Made by a program: the position numbers and the translations under genes. From Bdellovibrionales bacterium (GTDB lineage Bacteria > Bdellovibrionota > Bdellovibrionia > Bdellovibrionales > JAGQZY01), in NCBI GenBank assembly GCA_964230645.1, contig CAXRHT010000002.1, positions 1,216,001-1,280,000 on the forward strand: 64,000 nt of DNA. Direction: 5' to 3'. The notes under the pieces are model-generated. The model ran no database searches. It worked only from the letters and a program-made list of their open reading frames with translations, and was not told where the DNA came from. Numbering within the stretch: the first letter of the stretch is position 1; every line of letters starts with the position of its first letter. Below are positions 52,257-61,134 of the stretch, one piece after another.

Positions 52257-53177
52257 ATGAAAGTTCTTGTTGCCGGCGGCGCCGGTTTTATTGGTAGTCA
52301 TCTGGTCGACGCTCTTCTTAAAGAGGGCCACCAAGTCGATATTCTCGACAACTTTGTAACTGGGCGAAGAGAAAACATTGCTCACCTCTCTGATGTCGAA
52401 GTGATTGAAATGGATATCTCAGAAAGAGTGCCTGATAAAAAATACGACCGCATTTACAATCTAGCCTCGCCCGCCTCACCTGTGGACTTTGCAAAAATTC
52501 CCTTAGAAATTTTATTAGTGGGCTCCTATGGTCATAAAAACCTTTTGGACTTAGCGGAAAAAACAGGAGCTCGTATTTTATTTGCAAGCACCAGCGAAGT
52601 TTATGGTGACCCTCAAATCAACCCACAACATGAAGACTACTTTGGCAACGTCAACTGTCGAGGGGCAAGAGCCTGTTATGATGAGGCGAAAAGGTTTGGT
52701 GAGGCCCTTACAGTCAACTATCAGAACCACAAGAATGTGGACACTCGCACCATCCGAATCTTTAATACCTATGGTCCCCGCATGGCGCCCAAAGATGGCC
52801 GCGTCATACCCAATTTTTTCACCCAGGCTTTAAAAAATAACCCCCTCACTGTTTACGGTGACGGTAGCCAAACCAGAAGCCTTTGCTACGTGAGCGATAT
52901 GGTTGCGGGCTTTATAACTTTAATGGAAAGTGATGAGACACGTCCTGTAAACATTGGTAACTCGGTTGAGCGAACTATCTTAGAGATTGGTGAAATGATT
53001 AACGATCTTACAGGCAATGAAGCCGGCTTTACCTACAAAGAGCTTCCCGAAAATGACCCAAAATTAAGACGTCCTGATACCACTCGGGCCAAAGAGGTAC
53101 TAAGTTGGGAAGCCAAAGTCAGCGCGGATGAGGGCTTAGCAAAAACACTGGAATATTTTAAAGGGCTTGAAGCCTAA
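52257..53177 (+). CDS. UDP-glucuronate decarboxylase (UDP-xylose synthase) family SDR
   Basis: GGAGFIGSH, LASPASP, ASTSEVYGDP, CYDEAKR, RIFNTYGPRM. Confidence 0.9.
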   Translation: MKVLVAGGAGFIGSHLVDALLKEGHQVDILDNFVTGRRENIAHLSDVEVIEMDISERVPDKKYDRIYNLASPASPVDFAKIPLEILLVGSYGHKNLLDLAEKTGARILFASTSEVYGDPQINPQHEDYFGNVNCRGARACYDEAKRFGEALTVNYQNHKNVDTRTIRIFNTYGPRMAPKDGRVIPNFFTQALKNNPLTVYGDGSQTRSLCYVSDMVAGFITLMESDETRPVNIGNSVERTILEIGEMINDLTGNEAGFTYKELPENDPKLRRPDTTRAKEVLSWEAKVSADEGLAKTLEYFKGLEA

Positions 53178-53183
53178 TCCACT

Positions 53184-54149
53184 TTATTCCGACAGAGAGC
53201 GAATTTGTTTCAAACACTGAGTGAAGCACTCTTGGAAGGCGGCGTGAAGAACGCGGCCATCGATCGCGACTAAGCCTCTTAACTCATCAGGACTTCTTTC
53301 AAAATCTGGAGCCTGTTTAAACCAACTATCGTTGTGCCAACGACAAAAACTGGTGGATTCGAAATCTTGATGCTCTCCGGGGTATTTCTTTTTGGTCTGT
53401 AGAGAGTTGTGAAGAAGATCCACGAAAGCTGAGCCATCGGCATCATTGATTACGACCACACTACGATCATAAATTCTCTTTTGCATATTCTTGGGAAACC
53501 AAGGAGTGGCTCCTGAGGGTAAAGTGTTTTCAAATTCAGTGATCTCCTTTTGATAAAGAGAGCTTTTCCGATCAATAGCTTGAATCACCTTCTTAAAGTC
53601 TCTTTGAAAATTCCACGGGATTTGTTCAACAGACAAAGTGGGAAGAGAAACCTTTTCACCAGTGAAGACCAGAGCATGACCGGGGTCCAATGAAGCGATA
53701 ATAATGTCGTATTCTGAGAGATTTTTTACAAAGGCTCGTCGAGTATGGAAAAGATGATGGGCCACATGAATCCGATACATTTTTGAAGAGGCAATTTTCT
53801 TAAGAGTTTCAATATGATCAAAGAGTTCGCCGGTGAGTGCATCATCGAGATCGTGAACGTAAGCTAAGCAGGCCTTCTCTTCCTTTTTCATGTCGTCTTC
53901 AAATTGGTCTTTGAATCGGACACCAAGCTTTGCCATTTCTAATTCTATCTTACGCAAATGATTGCCTAAGCCCATTTCTTTTACGATTTTTCTTTTGTGA
54001 CTGTATTTTAAATGAAGCCCAAGACAAATCTCATAGAGGGCGAAGTTCAATCCAGGATAAAGGTAAACCTTGGACTGACACTCCAATTTTTCTTTGATTC
54101 CTTGATTAATCTTATTCCAGTCATGGGAGACCTGAGCATCGATTCGCAT
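53184..54149 (-). CDS. Hypothetical protein resembling a degenerate NifS/IscS (class V PLP) fold
   Basis: C-terminal R...DGSAFVDLL...STSFC...ELRG pattern resembles the IscS C-domain; no SxHK motif. Confidence 0.6.
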   Translation of the reverse strand: MRIDAQVSHDWNKINQGIKEKLECQSKVYLYPGLNFALYEICLGLHLKYSHKRKIVKEMGLGNHLRKIELEMAKLGVRFKDQFEDDMKKEEKACLAYVHDLDDALTGELFDHIETLKKIASSKMYRIHVAHHLFHTRRAFVKNLSEYDIIIASLDPGHALVFTGEKVSLPTLSVEQIPWNFQRDFKKVIQAIDRKSSLYQKEITEFENTLPSGATPWFPKNMQKRIYDRSVVVINDADGSAFVDLLHNSLQTKKKYPGEHQDFESTSFCRWHNDSWFKQAPDFERSPDELRGLVAIDGRVLHAAFQECFTQCLKQIRSLSE

Positions 54150-54212
54150 TCTCTCATGTTAACGTAAGAAACTTGCAGAGATCAAACCCTTTCAGATCTC
54201 TGACAAACTTCC

Positions 54213-55292
54213 TTAAAACGGGTGAGCCGCCTCATCAAGGCTCTTCCAGGTCATCTCAATTTTATCATCTAGAGAGTAGAGGAAACATTCCCTGTTGACG
54301 GTTGTGGGAAGCTTCTCTGTGCAGTCATTGATCGTGTTATTTATCTGAGCTTGAGTTAAAGGACTGTCAGAGGTTTTTATCGAATAGTAGCCGTATTTAT
54401 CAAAAGCTATGGCCACATGTTTTCCCTCTTGGATATCCTGATAGGCTTTTACAAAAGGGGCCATTTTACTTTTATCAACAAAAGGCACTGTATCTGGATG
54501 AAAAACAGAAGGGCTGTATAGCACTTGATTGGGTTGATACTGAGGATTGCCGGGATCAAAAATTAAAGCGCCCGCTTCTGCGTATACGGCACAGCCTTCA
54601 TTTCTTAGTGTTTCACAAAAAACAAGGGCTCTTCTTGTGGCATCCGCCTGAGAGTGCTCACTATAACCAATGGCCGTATTACCATAAGGGCCAATAGCAT
54701 AGGCTTTAAAGCGACCCGCTTCTATCGGGAAATAGGTGTCGTTGGCATAATTACGCCAGTGAAAAATAAGACCTGGAATTTTCAATGGATCAAAACCATT
54801 GGGACTTTCAATTACATTATTAAAATTAACTAGAAAATCATCCTTACTTTGAGCAAAAACATCGCCCGATACAAGAAGCGAGCAAGGCTTATTGCCATTA
54901 GAAAGTTGGCACCTTTCTAATATCACCTGATTGAACTCTTCTTGACCCGAAATAAGGTCATTGCTCGACCACTCGACCATACCGCCACCCTCTCTGGTAA
55001 GAGCTATGGCCTTAAAGCCTGTGGCACTGCTATAGGCTTTAATTTTATTGAGAACAGTTGCATCGGTAAGGGCAAAGGGTATTTTGTTAGCGTCAAATGT
55101 CTCCCCTTTTTGAAAATTCACCGGAAGCTCACTTGGTCCCTCGCCATCAGTAGTATCACTGAGATCGGTAGAGTCACCACTGGAGCCTCCTGAGGCTTCT
55201 TGTGCCTTCTGAAGAGAGTTGCCACAGTTCTGAAAACCGATAGACAAAAACAAAAGTGCCAACACTATGACAAAGGCTTTACTAAATTTCAT
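54213..55292 (-). CDS. Lipoprotein with three internal Cys-pair repeats (DUF4189-like)
   Basis: FQNC lipobox-like motif; three F-x-P-x-x-[IV]-P...A[IY]A...C...C units. Confidence 0.75.
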   Translation of the reverse strand: MKFSKAFVIVLALLFLSIGFQNCGNSLQKAQEASGGSSGDSTDLSDTTDGEGPSELPVNFQKGETFDANKIPFALTDATVLNKIKAYSSATGFKAIALTREGGGMVEWSSNDLISGQEEFNQVILERCQLSNGNKPCSLLVSGDVFAQSKDDFLVNFNNVIESPNGFDPLKIPGLIFHWRNYANDTYFPIEAGRFKAYAIGPYGNTAIGYSEHSQADATRRALVFCETLRNEGCAVYAEAGALIFDPGNPQYQPNQVLYSPSVFHPDTVPFVDKSKMAPFVKAYQDIQEGKHVAIAFDKYGYYSIKTSDSPLTQAQINNTINDCTEKLPTTVNRECFLYSLDDKIEMTWKSLDEAAHPF

Positions 55293-55443
55293 GATTTCCC
55301 CCGAAACTTGATAGCCTCTAGTTTAGGAGATCTTTAATGAAAAAGAAAAATATTAAGAGACGATTCTCGCGATGAGAATTAAAATACACTCGTCCTTTCA
55401 GTAGGATATGTATTTAAAAGCAACTGAATGAATGTGAAAATAA

Positions 55444-55472
55444 AAAACCAGCTCGCAAGTGGAGCTGGTCTT
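55444..55472 (-). terminator. Intrinsic terminator
   Basis: ACCAGCTC...GAGCTGGT, with an A-tract on the plus side. Confidence 0.6.
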
Positions 55473-55500
55473 AAAATGTTTTTGATTGGTACTCTCGAAA

Positions 55501-56013
55501 CTACTCTTTTTTGCCCGTGACTTGAAAATGAATTCCAATGTTTTCACTTCCGCAAGCCATTTGTGAGTTTGAAAAAGGAACGTAAACGGCCACTCTTCCA
55601 TGCAGGTATTTATAGTCGTTCATCTCAAAAGTTTGATCCATTAGCTCTTTTCCAGAGGCACAGCTATCGGCTGGATAAACGCGAGACTCTACCAATTCAA
55701 CAGTCCAAGCGTCGTTGTCAGCAAAAAGAATGGAGGAGTAGTTACAAGTCACCCCATTTTCTTGGTACTGGGCTCTAATGGTCACGTTATCAAGGCTGTA
55801 GTCAGCTCCGATATGAGTGAACTCCACTCCATAGTCCATGAGTTCCGCCGGAGCTTCAGCGGCTTCTGTGTTACCGTCATCACAAACATATCCTGTCCAC
55901 TTTCCAACCCAACGCTCGCCCTCTAATACAAGGTCGGTTTGAGCCTGAGCATTTGCATTATTAAAGGCCAGTGCAATCAAAGCTATAAGACTTAATCGTT
56001 TAAAATTCTGCAT
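55501..56013 (-). CDS. Secreted hypothetical protein
   Basis: GGGAG RBS, signal peptide ending ANA, four Cys. Confidence 0.78.
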   Translation of the reverse strand: MQNFKRLSLIALIALAFNNANAQAQTDLVLEGERWVGKWTGYVCDDGNTEAAEAPAELMDYGVEFTHIGADYSLDNVTIRAQYQENGVTCNYSSILFADNDAWTVELVESRVYPADSCASGKELMDQTFEMNDYKYLHGRVAVYVPFSNSQMACGSENIGIHFQVTGKKE

Positions 56014-56284
56014 TATTATCTCCCATCTTTTCTGTTAGTGCTCTATCCCTATTCACAGGACTCGGAAGGGTCAAGAAATCAGGCTATAAGGGCCTTTCTT
56101 TTTGCTTAGTAAAAACAAATTGAACATTAGCTGAGAAGGCAGCCTCCCTAGATGACTATGAAACCAGGAGAATCCAGCCCAAATCACGACCTCTCTGGGG
56201 CCTGGTACCACCAATGGCCAAAATATTATGTTTCATTGCGGGGTTTCGCTTGGATCAAGGCTCTGTTCCATTTAAAATCAGGGA

Positions 56285-56800
56285 ATGGACAGACGAACCC
56301 TACGAGTTCTCATATTCACAATACTATTTCCTCTGCTGGCCTCCGGGATCGCATCCTGTGCTGCAAGTGATGAGGAGGTGGATGGCAGTCTCTTTTGCAA
56401 TATTAATCAGACAGAAACCTACCAGATCGGAACAAGCCCGGCTGTTGACTTTAATGTGACCAATTTGCAAATGGCCACAAGCTTTAATCAAGCCAACTGC
56501 CCGGATATAAATACTGATAGCTTTTCCACCTTTGTAAGTCGAGTAAAGCGAACCGGTGACATTCTAACGGTTTTTGACAATCAATACCAAGGCAACCAGA
56601 TGGAGCTTACTTTTAACATTTCTGGTACGGAACTCGACTCCATTCGCAATGTCTTCACTATCAATAACTGTTCTATCGTAAGAACTTGGACCGGTGAAAT
56701 ATCTCCAGGAACCAACGAAGTCATATTGAACGAGAACATTGATTACAAAGGCCTATGCAATCATGTTTTTATTCTTCCTATCGAACGTCCCGACAACTGA
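56285..56800 (+). CDS. Putative lipoprotein
   Basis: Signal peptide with IASC lipobox; beta-rich. Confidence 0.72.
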   Translation: MDRRTLRVLIFTILFPLLASGIASCAASDEEVDGSLFCNINQTETYQIGTSPAVDFNVTNLQMATSFNQANCPDINTDSFSTFVSRVKRTGDILTVFDNQYQGNQMELTFNISGTELDSIRNVFTINNCSIVRTWTGEISPGTNEVILNENIDYKGLCNHVFILPIERPDN

Positions 56801-56916
56801 TCCTCGTCCTCAATGGAGAATTTAATTTCTCAAAACGAGACGTCTAAAAAGTGGACAAGGTTTTGATCAGTTTTCAGTCTCGTGTCTCTTTTCAACCAGT
56901 TAGCCTTTAGAAATGC

Positions 56917-56932
56917 TGGTACGGCAGTTGCA
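56917..56932 (+). promoter_or_regulatory. Sigma54 -24/-12 promoter
   Basis: TGGTACG-GCAG-TTGCA (consensus TGGCACG-N4-TTGCW). Confidence 0.7.
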
Positions 56933-56970
56933 TTTTTTGTCATGTGGGTGGTGAAAGCGGGGATCGCCAA

Positions 56971-58749
56971 GTGAAGAGCCATATCTTTTTCACCAAAGTT
57001 TGTAGGATTTTATTCATTCTATTTTTTCAAACCATTCTTTTTCAAGGCTGTAGTGAGCCGGAGTCATTTAGTGAACTCGCCTCCGGCCCCTCTCTGAGTG
57101 AATTTAGCAAAACTATAAGTGCTGTTGAAGGTGATAACGTCGACCTTAGTATTCCTGATGACACTATGGAAACTCTTGGCTTCAAAGAGGGAGACGAATT
57201 AGCTGTGAAATGGATTTACATCGGGGATGACGAGGTAGAAACAGAAATTCCTCATAAGGATTTAACCCTGACATTGCCTACGGTAAAACTCACTGACTCT
57301 GGAAGTTATGCTGTCACGGTGGAGGCTGAAGACAAAACTCTTATCTTTCTTTTTAGTCTTTTCGTTCAAGAAAAAAATGTCACTCCCGAGCCTCCTCAGC
57401 CCAACCCTAGTCTTGAAACCTACGAGGGCTTTTTCATAGAAGACGGAAAAAAGAGACTTTTTATTCGCACGGAAAATATTACTAAAGAAGAGGCCTTGGC
57501 TAATTGTAAGAAAAATGCCCAGAGCAATCCTACTCGTAGTATTGTTTGCGAATGGAACGGCGATGAAATTTTTGAACGAATTGTTACTCCAAAGCCAAAA
57601 ACGCCTCGCGGTGTTTATAGAGGTTACTTTCTTATCGGTGCTAAAAAGCATATGTTCATTCAAACCAAGAACATCACTAAAAACCAAGCTCTTAGCAATT
57701 GTAAAATCAATGCTAAAAACAACCCCTCAAGAAGCATTCTTTGTACTTGGAGAAACCAAGAGATCCTGAAACGAATCGTAAAGCCTAAGCCTCAACCAGT
57801 GCGTGGTCTTTACCGAGGATTCTTTTTAAACGGCTCGAAGAGGCATATGTTCATCCAAACTAAGAACATCACTAAAAACCAGGCTCTTAGCAATTGTAAA
57901 ACTAATGCAAAGAACAATCCTGCTAAAAGCATTCTTTGTACTTGGAGAAATCAAGAGATCTTAAAACGAATCGTAAAGCCTAAGCCACAGCCTGTCCGTG
58001 GACTCTACCAGGGATTCTTTTTAAATGGCTCTAAGAGACATATGTTCATTCAAACCAAGAACATCACCAAAAACCAAGCTCTTAGCAATTGTAAAATCAA
58101 TGCTAAAAACAACCCATCAAGAAGCATTCTTTGTACTTGGAGAAACCAAGAGATCCTGAAACGAATCGTAAAGCCTAAGCCTCAACCAGTGCGTGGTCTT
58201 TACCGAGGATTCTTTTTAAACGGTTCCAAGAGACATATGTTCATTCAAACCAAGAACATCACTAAAAACCAAGCTCTTAGCAATTGTAAAACTAATGCAA
58301 AGAACAATCCTACTAAAAGCATTCTTTGTACTTGGAGAAACCAAGAGATCCTGAAACGAATCGTAAAGCCTAAACCACAACCTGTTCTTGGTCTTTACCG
58401 AGGATTCTTTTTAAACGGTTCCAAGAGACATATGTTCATTCAAACCAAGAACATCACTAAAAACCAAGCTCTTAGTAATTGTAAAACCAATGCGAAGAAC
58501 AATCCTACTAAAAGCATTCTTTGCACCTGGAAGAGCCAACTAATTTTTAAGAGAGTGGTAAAAACTCCGAAGCTTGGAACTTATCGCGGTTATTTTTTAA
58601 ATGGATCTTCCAAGCGTGTCTTTATTGTGACTAAAAATATTAGTCGTGAAAACGCTTTGGCAAACTGCAAGATCAATGCACGCAACAACCCGAGCAAAGG
58701 TATCATGTGCACCTTTAATGGATCCTATATTTATCGTCGCAATCCATAA
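56971..58749 (+). CDS. Lipoprotein with an Ig-like domain and seven 65-aa tandem repeats
   Basis: FQGC lipobox; Ig-like W...L.L..V...DSGSY; repeats from 57421 to the stop. Start could be 56944 instead. Confidence 0.88.
   Translation: MKSHIFFTKVCRILFILFFQTILFQGCSEPESFSELASGPSLSEFSKTISAVEGDNVDLSIPDDTMETLGFKEGDELAVKWIYIGDDEVETEIPHKDLTLTLPTVKLTDSGSYAVTVEAEDKTLIFLFSLFVQEKNVTPEPPQPNPSLETYEGFFIEDGKKRLFIRTENITKEEALANCKKNAQSNPTRSIVCEWNGDEIFERIVTPKPKTPRGVYRGYFLIGAKKHMFIQTKNITKNQALSNCKINAKNNPSRSILCTWRNQEILKRIVKPKPQPVRGLYRGFFLNGSKRHMFIQTKNITKNQALSNCKTNAKNNPAKSILCTWRNQEILKRIVKPKPQPVRGLYQGFFLNGSKRHMFIQTKNITKNQALSNCKINAKNNPSRSILCTWRNQEILKRIVKPKPQPVRGLYRGFFLNGSKRHMFIQTKNITKNQALSNCKTNAKNNPTKSILCTWRNQEILKRIVKPKPQPVLGLYRGFFLNGSKRHMFIQTKNITKNQALSNCKTNAKNNPTKSILCTWKSQLIFKRVVKTPKLGTYRGYFLNGSSKRVFIVTKNISRENALANCKINARNNPSKGIMCTFNGSYIYRRNP
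57421..58746 (+). repeat. Intragenic tandem repeat with 195-bp period
   Basis: CATATGTTCAT recurs at 57649, 57844, 58039, 58234, 58429; one divergent unit at each end. Confidence 0.95.
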
Positions 58750-58936
58750 ACCGACCCTGATGAGGAGCCTAGCCAGGCTCCTTTAACGCCCATAAAGCAC
58801 TAAAACAACTGTACTAATTCTATCAAACCTCTATATTTTCGAGTTCTCCTGCTGAATCCTGACGCAGCTTTTATTTTCTTGATAACCAGCGTCAAGAGGA
58901 ATAGCTATAAGCAAATTTTACCAATGGAGAACTGAT

Positions 58937-59794
58937 ATGAAAAAAATACTTTTCATTTTAACAACTGTATTAACAAGCTCCTTGGCCTTTGCCGGTCCAA
59001 GTATCAAACAAATTAATAAATCCAGTGACCAGATTGCGGTTCAAAAAACAAATGAAACCACTATTGGTTCTCAATGGGTGGTCTCAGAGAAATCCGGAAG
59101 TCAGTGTTTATTTGAGGTCGTGCAAGCCAATTCTCAATCGGCCGTTCTAGAAACATCCGACTGCGATCTTGCGCAAATTCGAGTCGGCCAAAAAATTGAA
59201 AAAAGTCTTTTCTCAAGTGCCGACAATCAAAACACAACATCTGGAAAAGCTCCTATTTGGATGAAAAAACTGGATGGATTTTCACTCATTGGATTCTATA
59301 GCTTTTCTGATGAATTAAAATACAAAGCCAACAGCCAAGATTACACAGGTGCTGCTGAAACCTCTTTTGGTTTTGGTGCTGAGTACAAATACAGCCTCGT
59401 CCGTCCCACAGGTGGGCTTCCCCTGTCTTTAATTGGTGGTCTTACTTATGAGCTCTCAAGAGAGCAAAAATCGGAAACCGTTAATAACCAAACCCAAAAC
59501 TTTCAAGGTACAAAGCCGAACTTTTCTCTTTGGCTAGCCTACCTTAACGGTCAATACGATGTGAATGAGTGGTTTGGAGCTTTCTTTGGTTTTAACTACT
59601 CTTTTCCTGTTGAGTCTGACTACGGCAACATTAACCTTAAGTCCGATCTTGGCTATCAGCTAGGAGCCAGCTTTAGCCTCAGTAACAATTTCGCTGTCGA
59701 TGGCCTTTACCGTTGGGTCAACATTAAAGCAAATAACGGCATCACGGATGTAAGCCTTGATGGGCTCACCATCCGCGGACGATACATTTTCTAA
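58937..59794 (+). CDS. Outer-membrane beta-barrel (OmpA/OmpW-like) protein with an extra N-terminal domain
   Basis: Signal peptide ending AFA; amphipathic strands; ends GRYIF. Confidence 0.75.
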   Translation: MKKILFILTTVLTSSLAFAGPSIKQINKSSDQIAVQKTNETTIGSQWVVSEKSGSQCLFEVVQANSQSAVLETSDCDLAQIRVGQKIEKSLFSSADNQNTTSGKAPIWMKKLDGFSLIGFYSFSDELKYKANSQDYTGAAETSFGFGAEYKYSLVRPTGGLPLSLIGGLTYELSREQKSETVNNQTQNFQGTKPNFSLWLAYLNGQYDVNEWFGAFFGFNYSFPVESDYGNINLKSDLGYQLGASFSLSNNFAVDGLYRWVNIKANNGITDVSLDGLTIRGRYIF

Positions 59795-59810
59795 AATAAA
59801 AGTAATTATT

Positions 59811-59840
59811 AGAAGCCACTCTCTTGAGTGGCTTTTTTTT
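59811..59840 (+). terminator. Intrinsic terminator
   Basis: AAGCCACTC TCTT GAGTGGCTTTTTTT. Confidence 0.8.
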
Positions 59841-59853
59841 GGAGGAATTTCTT

Positions 59854-60360
59854 ATGAAAAAATCTATTTTTATCTTACTTCCCTTAGTTTTTGTCCTCTG
59901 CCAATGCTCCTCTGATAGCGACGGTGGTGGCGGTGGAAATGGTGGTATTGGCGGAGCTGGTGGCAACCCAAAAGGGGGTGGTAACGGGCAAGTGAATTTG
60001 CAGGGCTCTTGGAGTGGAACTGGTCAAATCATTGTTAATAACAACCAAACTTTTCAATGCAACAATGTGGTTTTTGAATTCAATCAAAACAGCAATCAAA
60101 TTGAAGTGGTCCGCGGTGATTACACTTGTGAACAAAATATTAATTACAACTGGAATCCTATGACGGTTGAACTCAGCGGCAACAAAGTTCTTTTTCAATC
60201 TCAAGAAATTGGAACAATCAACGGCAGCACGATCAGTATCACTGAGGGCAACGAGCAACTGACTATTGAAAAAGTCGGTGTGGACGCATTGAATATCCAA
60301 GAAGTGAAAATTGAAAACGGCAACACCTTCAATGTGAGTGCCCAACTTATGAAGCAATAA
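59854..60360 (+). CDS. Putative lipoprotein with Gly-rich tether
   Basis: GGAGG RBS, LCQC lipobox-like motif, poly-Gly linker, beta-rich domain. Confidence 0.78.
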   Translation: MKKSIFILLPLVFVLCQCSSDSDGGGGGNGGIGGAGGNPKGGGNGQVNLQGSWSGTGQIIVNNNQTFQCNNVVFEFNQNSNQIEVVRGDYTCEQNINYNWNPMTVELSGNKVLFQSQEIGTINGSTISITEGNEQLTIEKVGVDALNIQEVKIENGNTFNVSAQLMKQ

Positions 60361-60370
60361 CGAGCTATCA

Positions 60371-60414
60371 AATAAAAAAAAAGGCTTAACTCCATAGTTA
60401 AGCCTTTTTTATTT
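60371..60414. terminator. Bidirectional intrinsic terminator
   Basis: AAAAAAGGCTTAAC...GTTAAGCCTTTTTT between convergent genes. Confidence 0.8.
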
Positions 60415-60485
60415 CAACTTTCGTTACTGCTGTCTCCTGGGTTTTCCGCTACAAGGCTGAAGTATGGGGCTGTTCGAAAGAGCTA

Positions 60486-60555
60486 AGATCCTTCGCTACG
60501 CTCAGGATGACTGTAGACATTGCTCGGGAGGACTGTAGACATTGCTCGGGAGGAC
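60486..60555. repeat. REP-like copy plus two 22-bp tandem partial copies (locus 4)
   Basis: AGATCCTTCGCTACGCTCAGGATGAC followed by (TGTAGACATTGCTCGGGAGGAC)x2. Confidence 0.85.
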
Positions 60556-60597
60556 TCTGCGCAATTCAGCGGATAGCAGTGAACTTTCGCGCCAAAT

Positions 60598-61134
60598 CTA
60601 AATTCCAAAATTGTGTCTTTCGGTGTCTTCAACCACTGACTTCACACCTTTGCCCTCATTGAGATTATTTCGGTAGGCGAGATGTTTGATGTCATAGATA
60701 AAGTTATCACCATTGTCTCCAGGAGTTTGCCACTCAGGCCCCATACGGATCGCGTCAACAGGACATGCCTCTTCGCAATAGCCACAAAAAACACAGCGAA
60801 GCATGTCGATTTCGTAGTTAATCGGATATTTTTCAACACTCGGGTCCTCATCTTCAGAGGCAATGATGGTGATACAGTCCGCGGGACAAGCTGTTGCACA
60901 AAGCATACAGGCCGTACAGCGGATATCCCCATCCTCTTTAACCGTAAGAACATGGTTTCCTTTAAAGCGCGGTGAATAATCGTACTTTTGCTCAGGATAA
61001 TTGAGGGTTGGCATCTTTTTTTGGGTGAAAAGGTTTTTCACCATTGTTTTAAAAGTAAACCCCATTCCAGATAATATTCCTGGCAAATACCAAGAGCTAC
61101 TTAATTTTGGTCTTTCAACTTTAATTACACTCAC
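60598..61134 (-). CDS. nuoI: NADH-quinone oxidoreductase subunit I
   Basis: CTACMLCATACP and CVFCGYCEEACP; YPE...SPRFKG. Confidence 0.95.
   Translation of the reverse strand: MSVIKVERPKLSSSWYLPGILSGMGFTFKTMVKNLFTQKKMPTLNYPEQKYDYSPRFKGNHVLTVKEDGDIRCTACMLCATACPADCITIIASEDEDPSVEKYPINYEIDMLRCVFCGYCEEACPVDAIRMGPEWQTPGDNGDNFIYDIKHLAYRNNLNEGKGVKSVVEDTERHNFGI

Noticed and set aside
57421..58746. Diversity-generating retroelement TR/VR pair
   Set aside because: The repeats are in-frame tandem units with mostly synonymous differences, and no reverse transcriptase is present.
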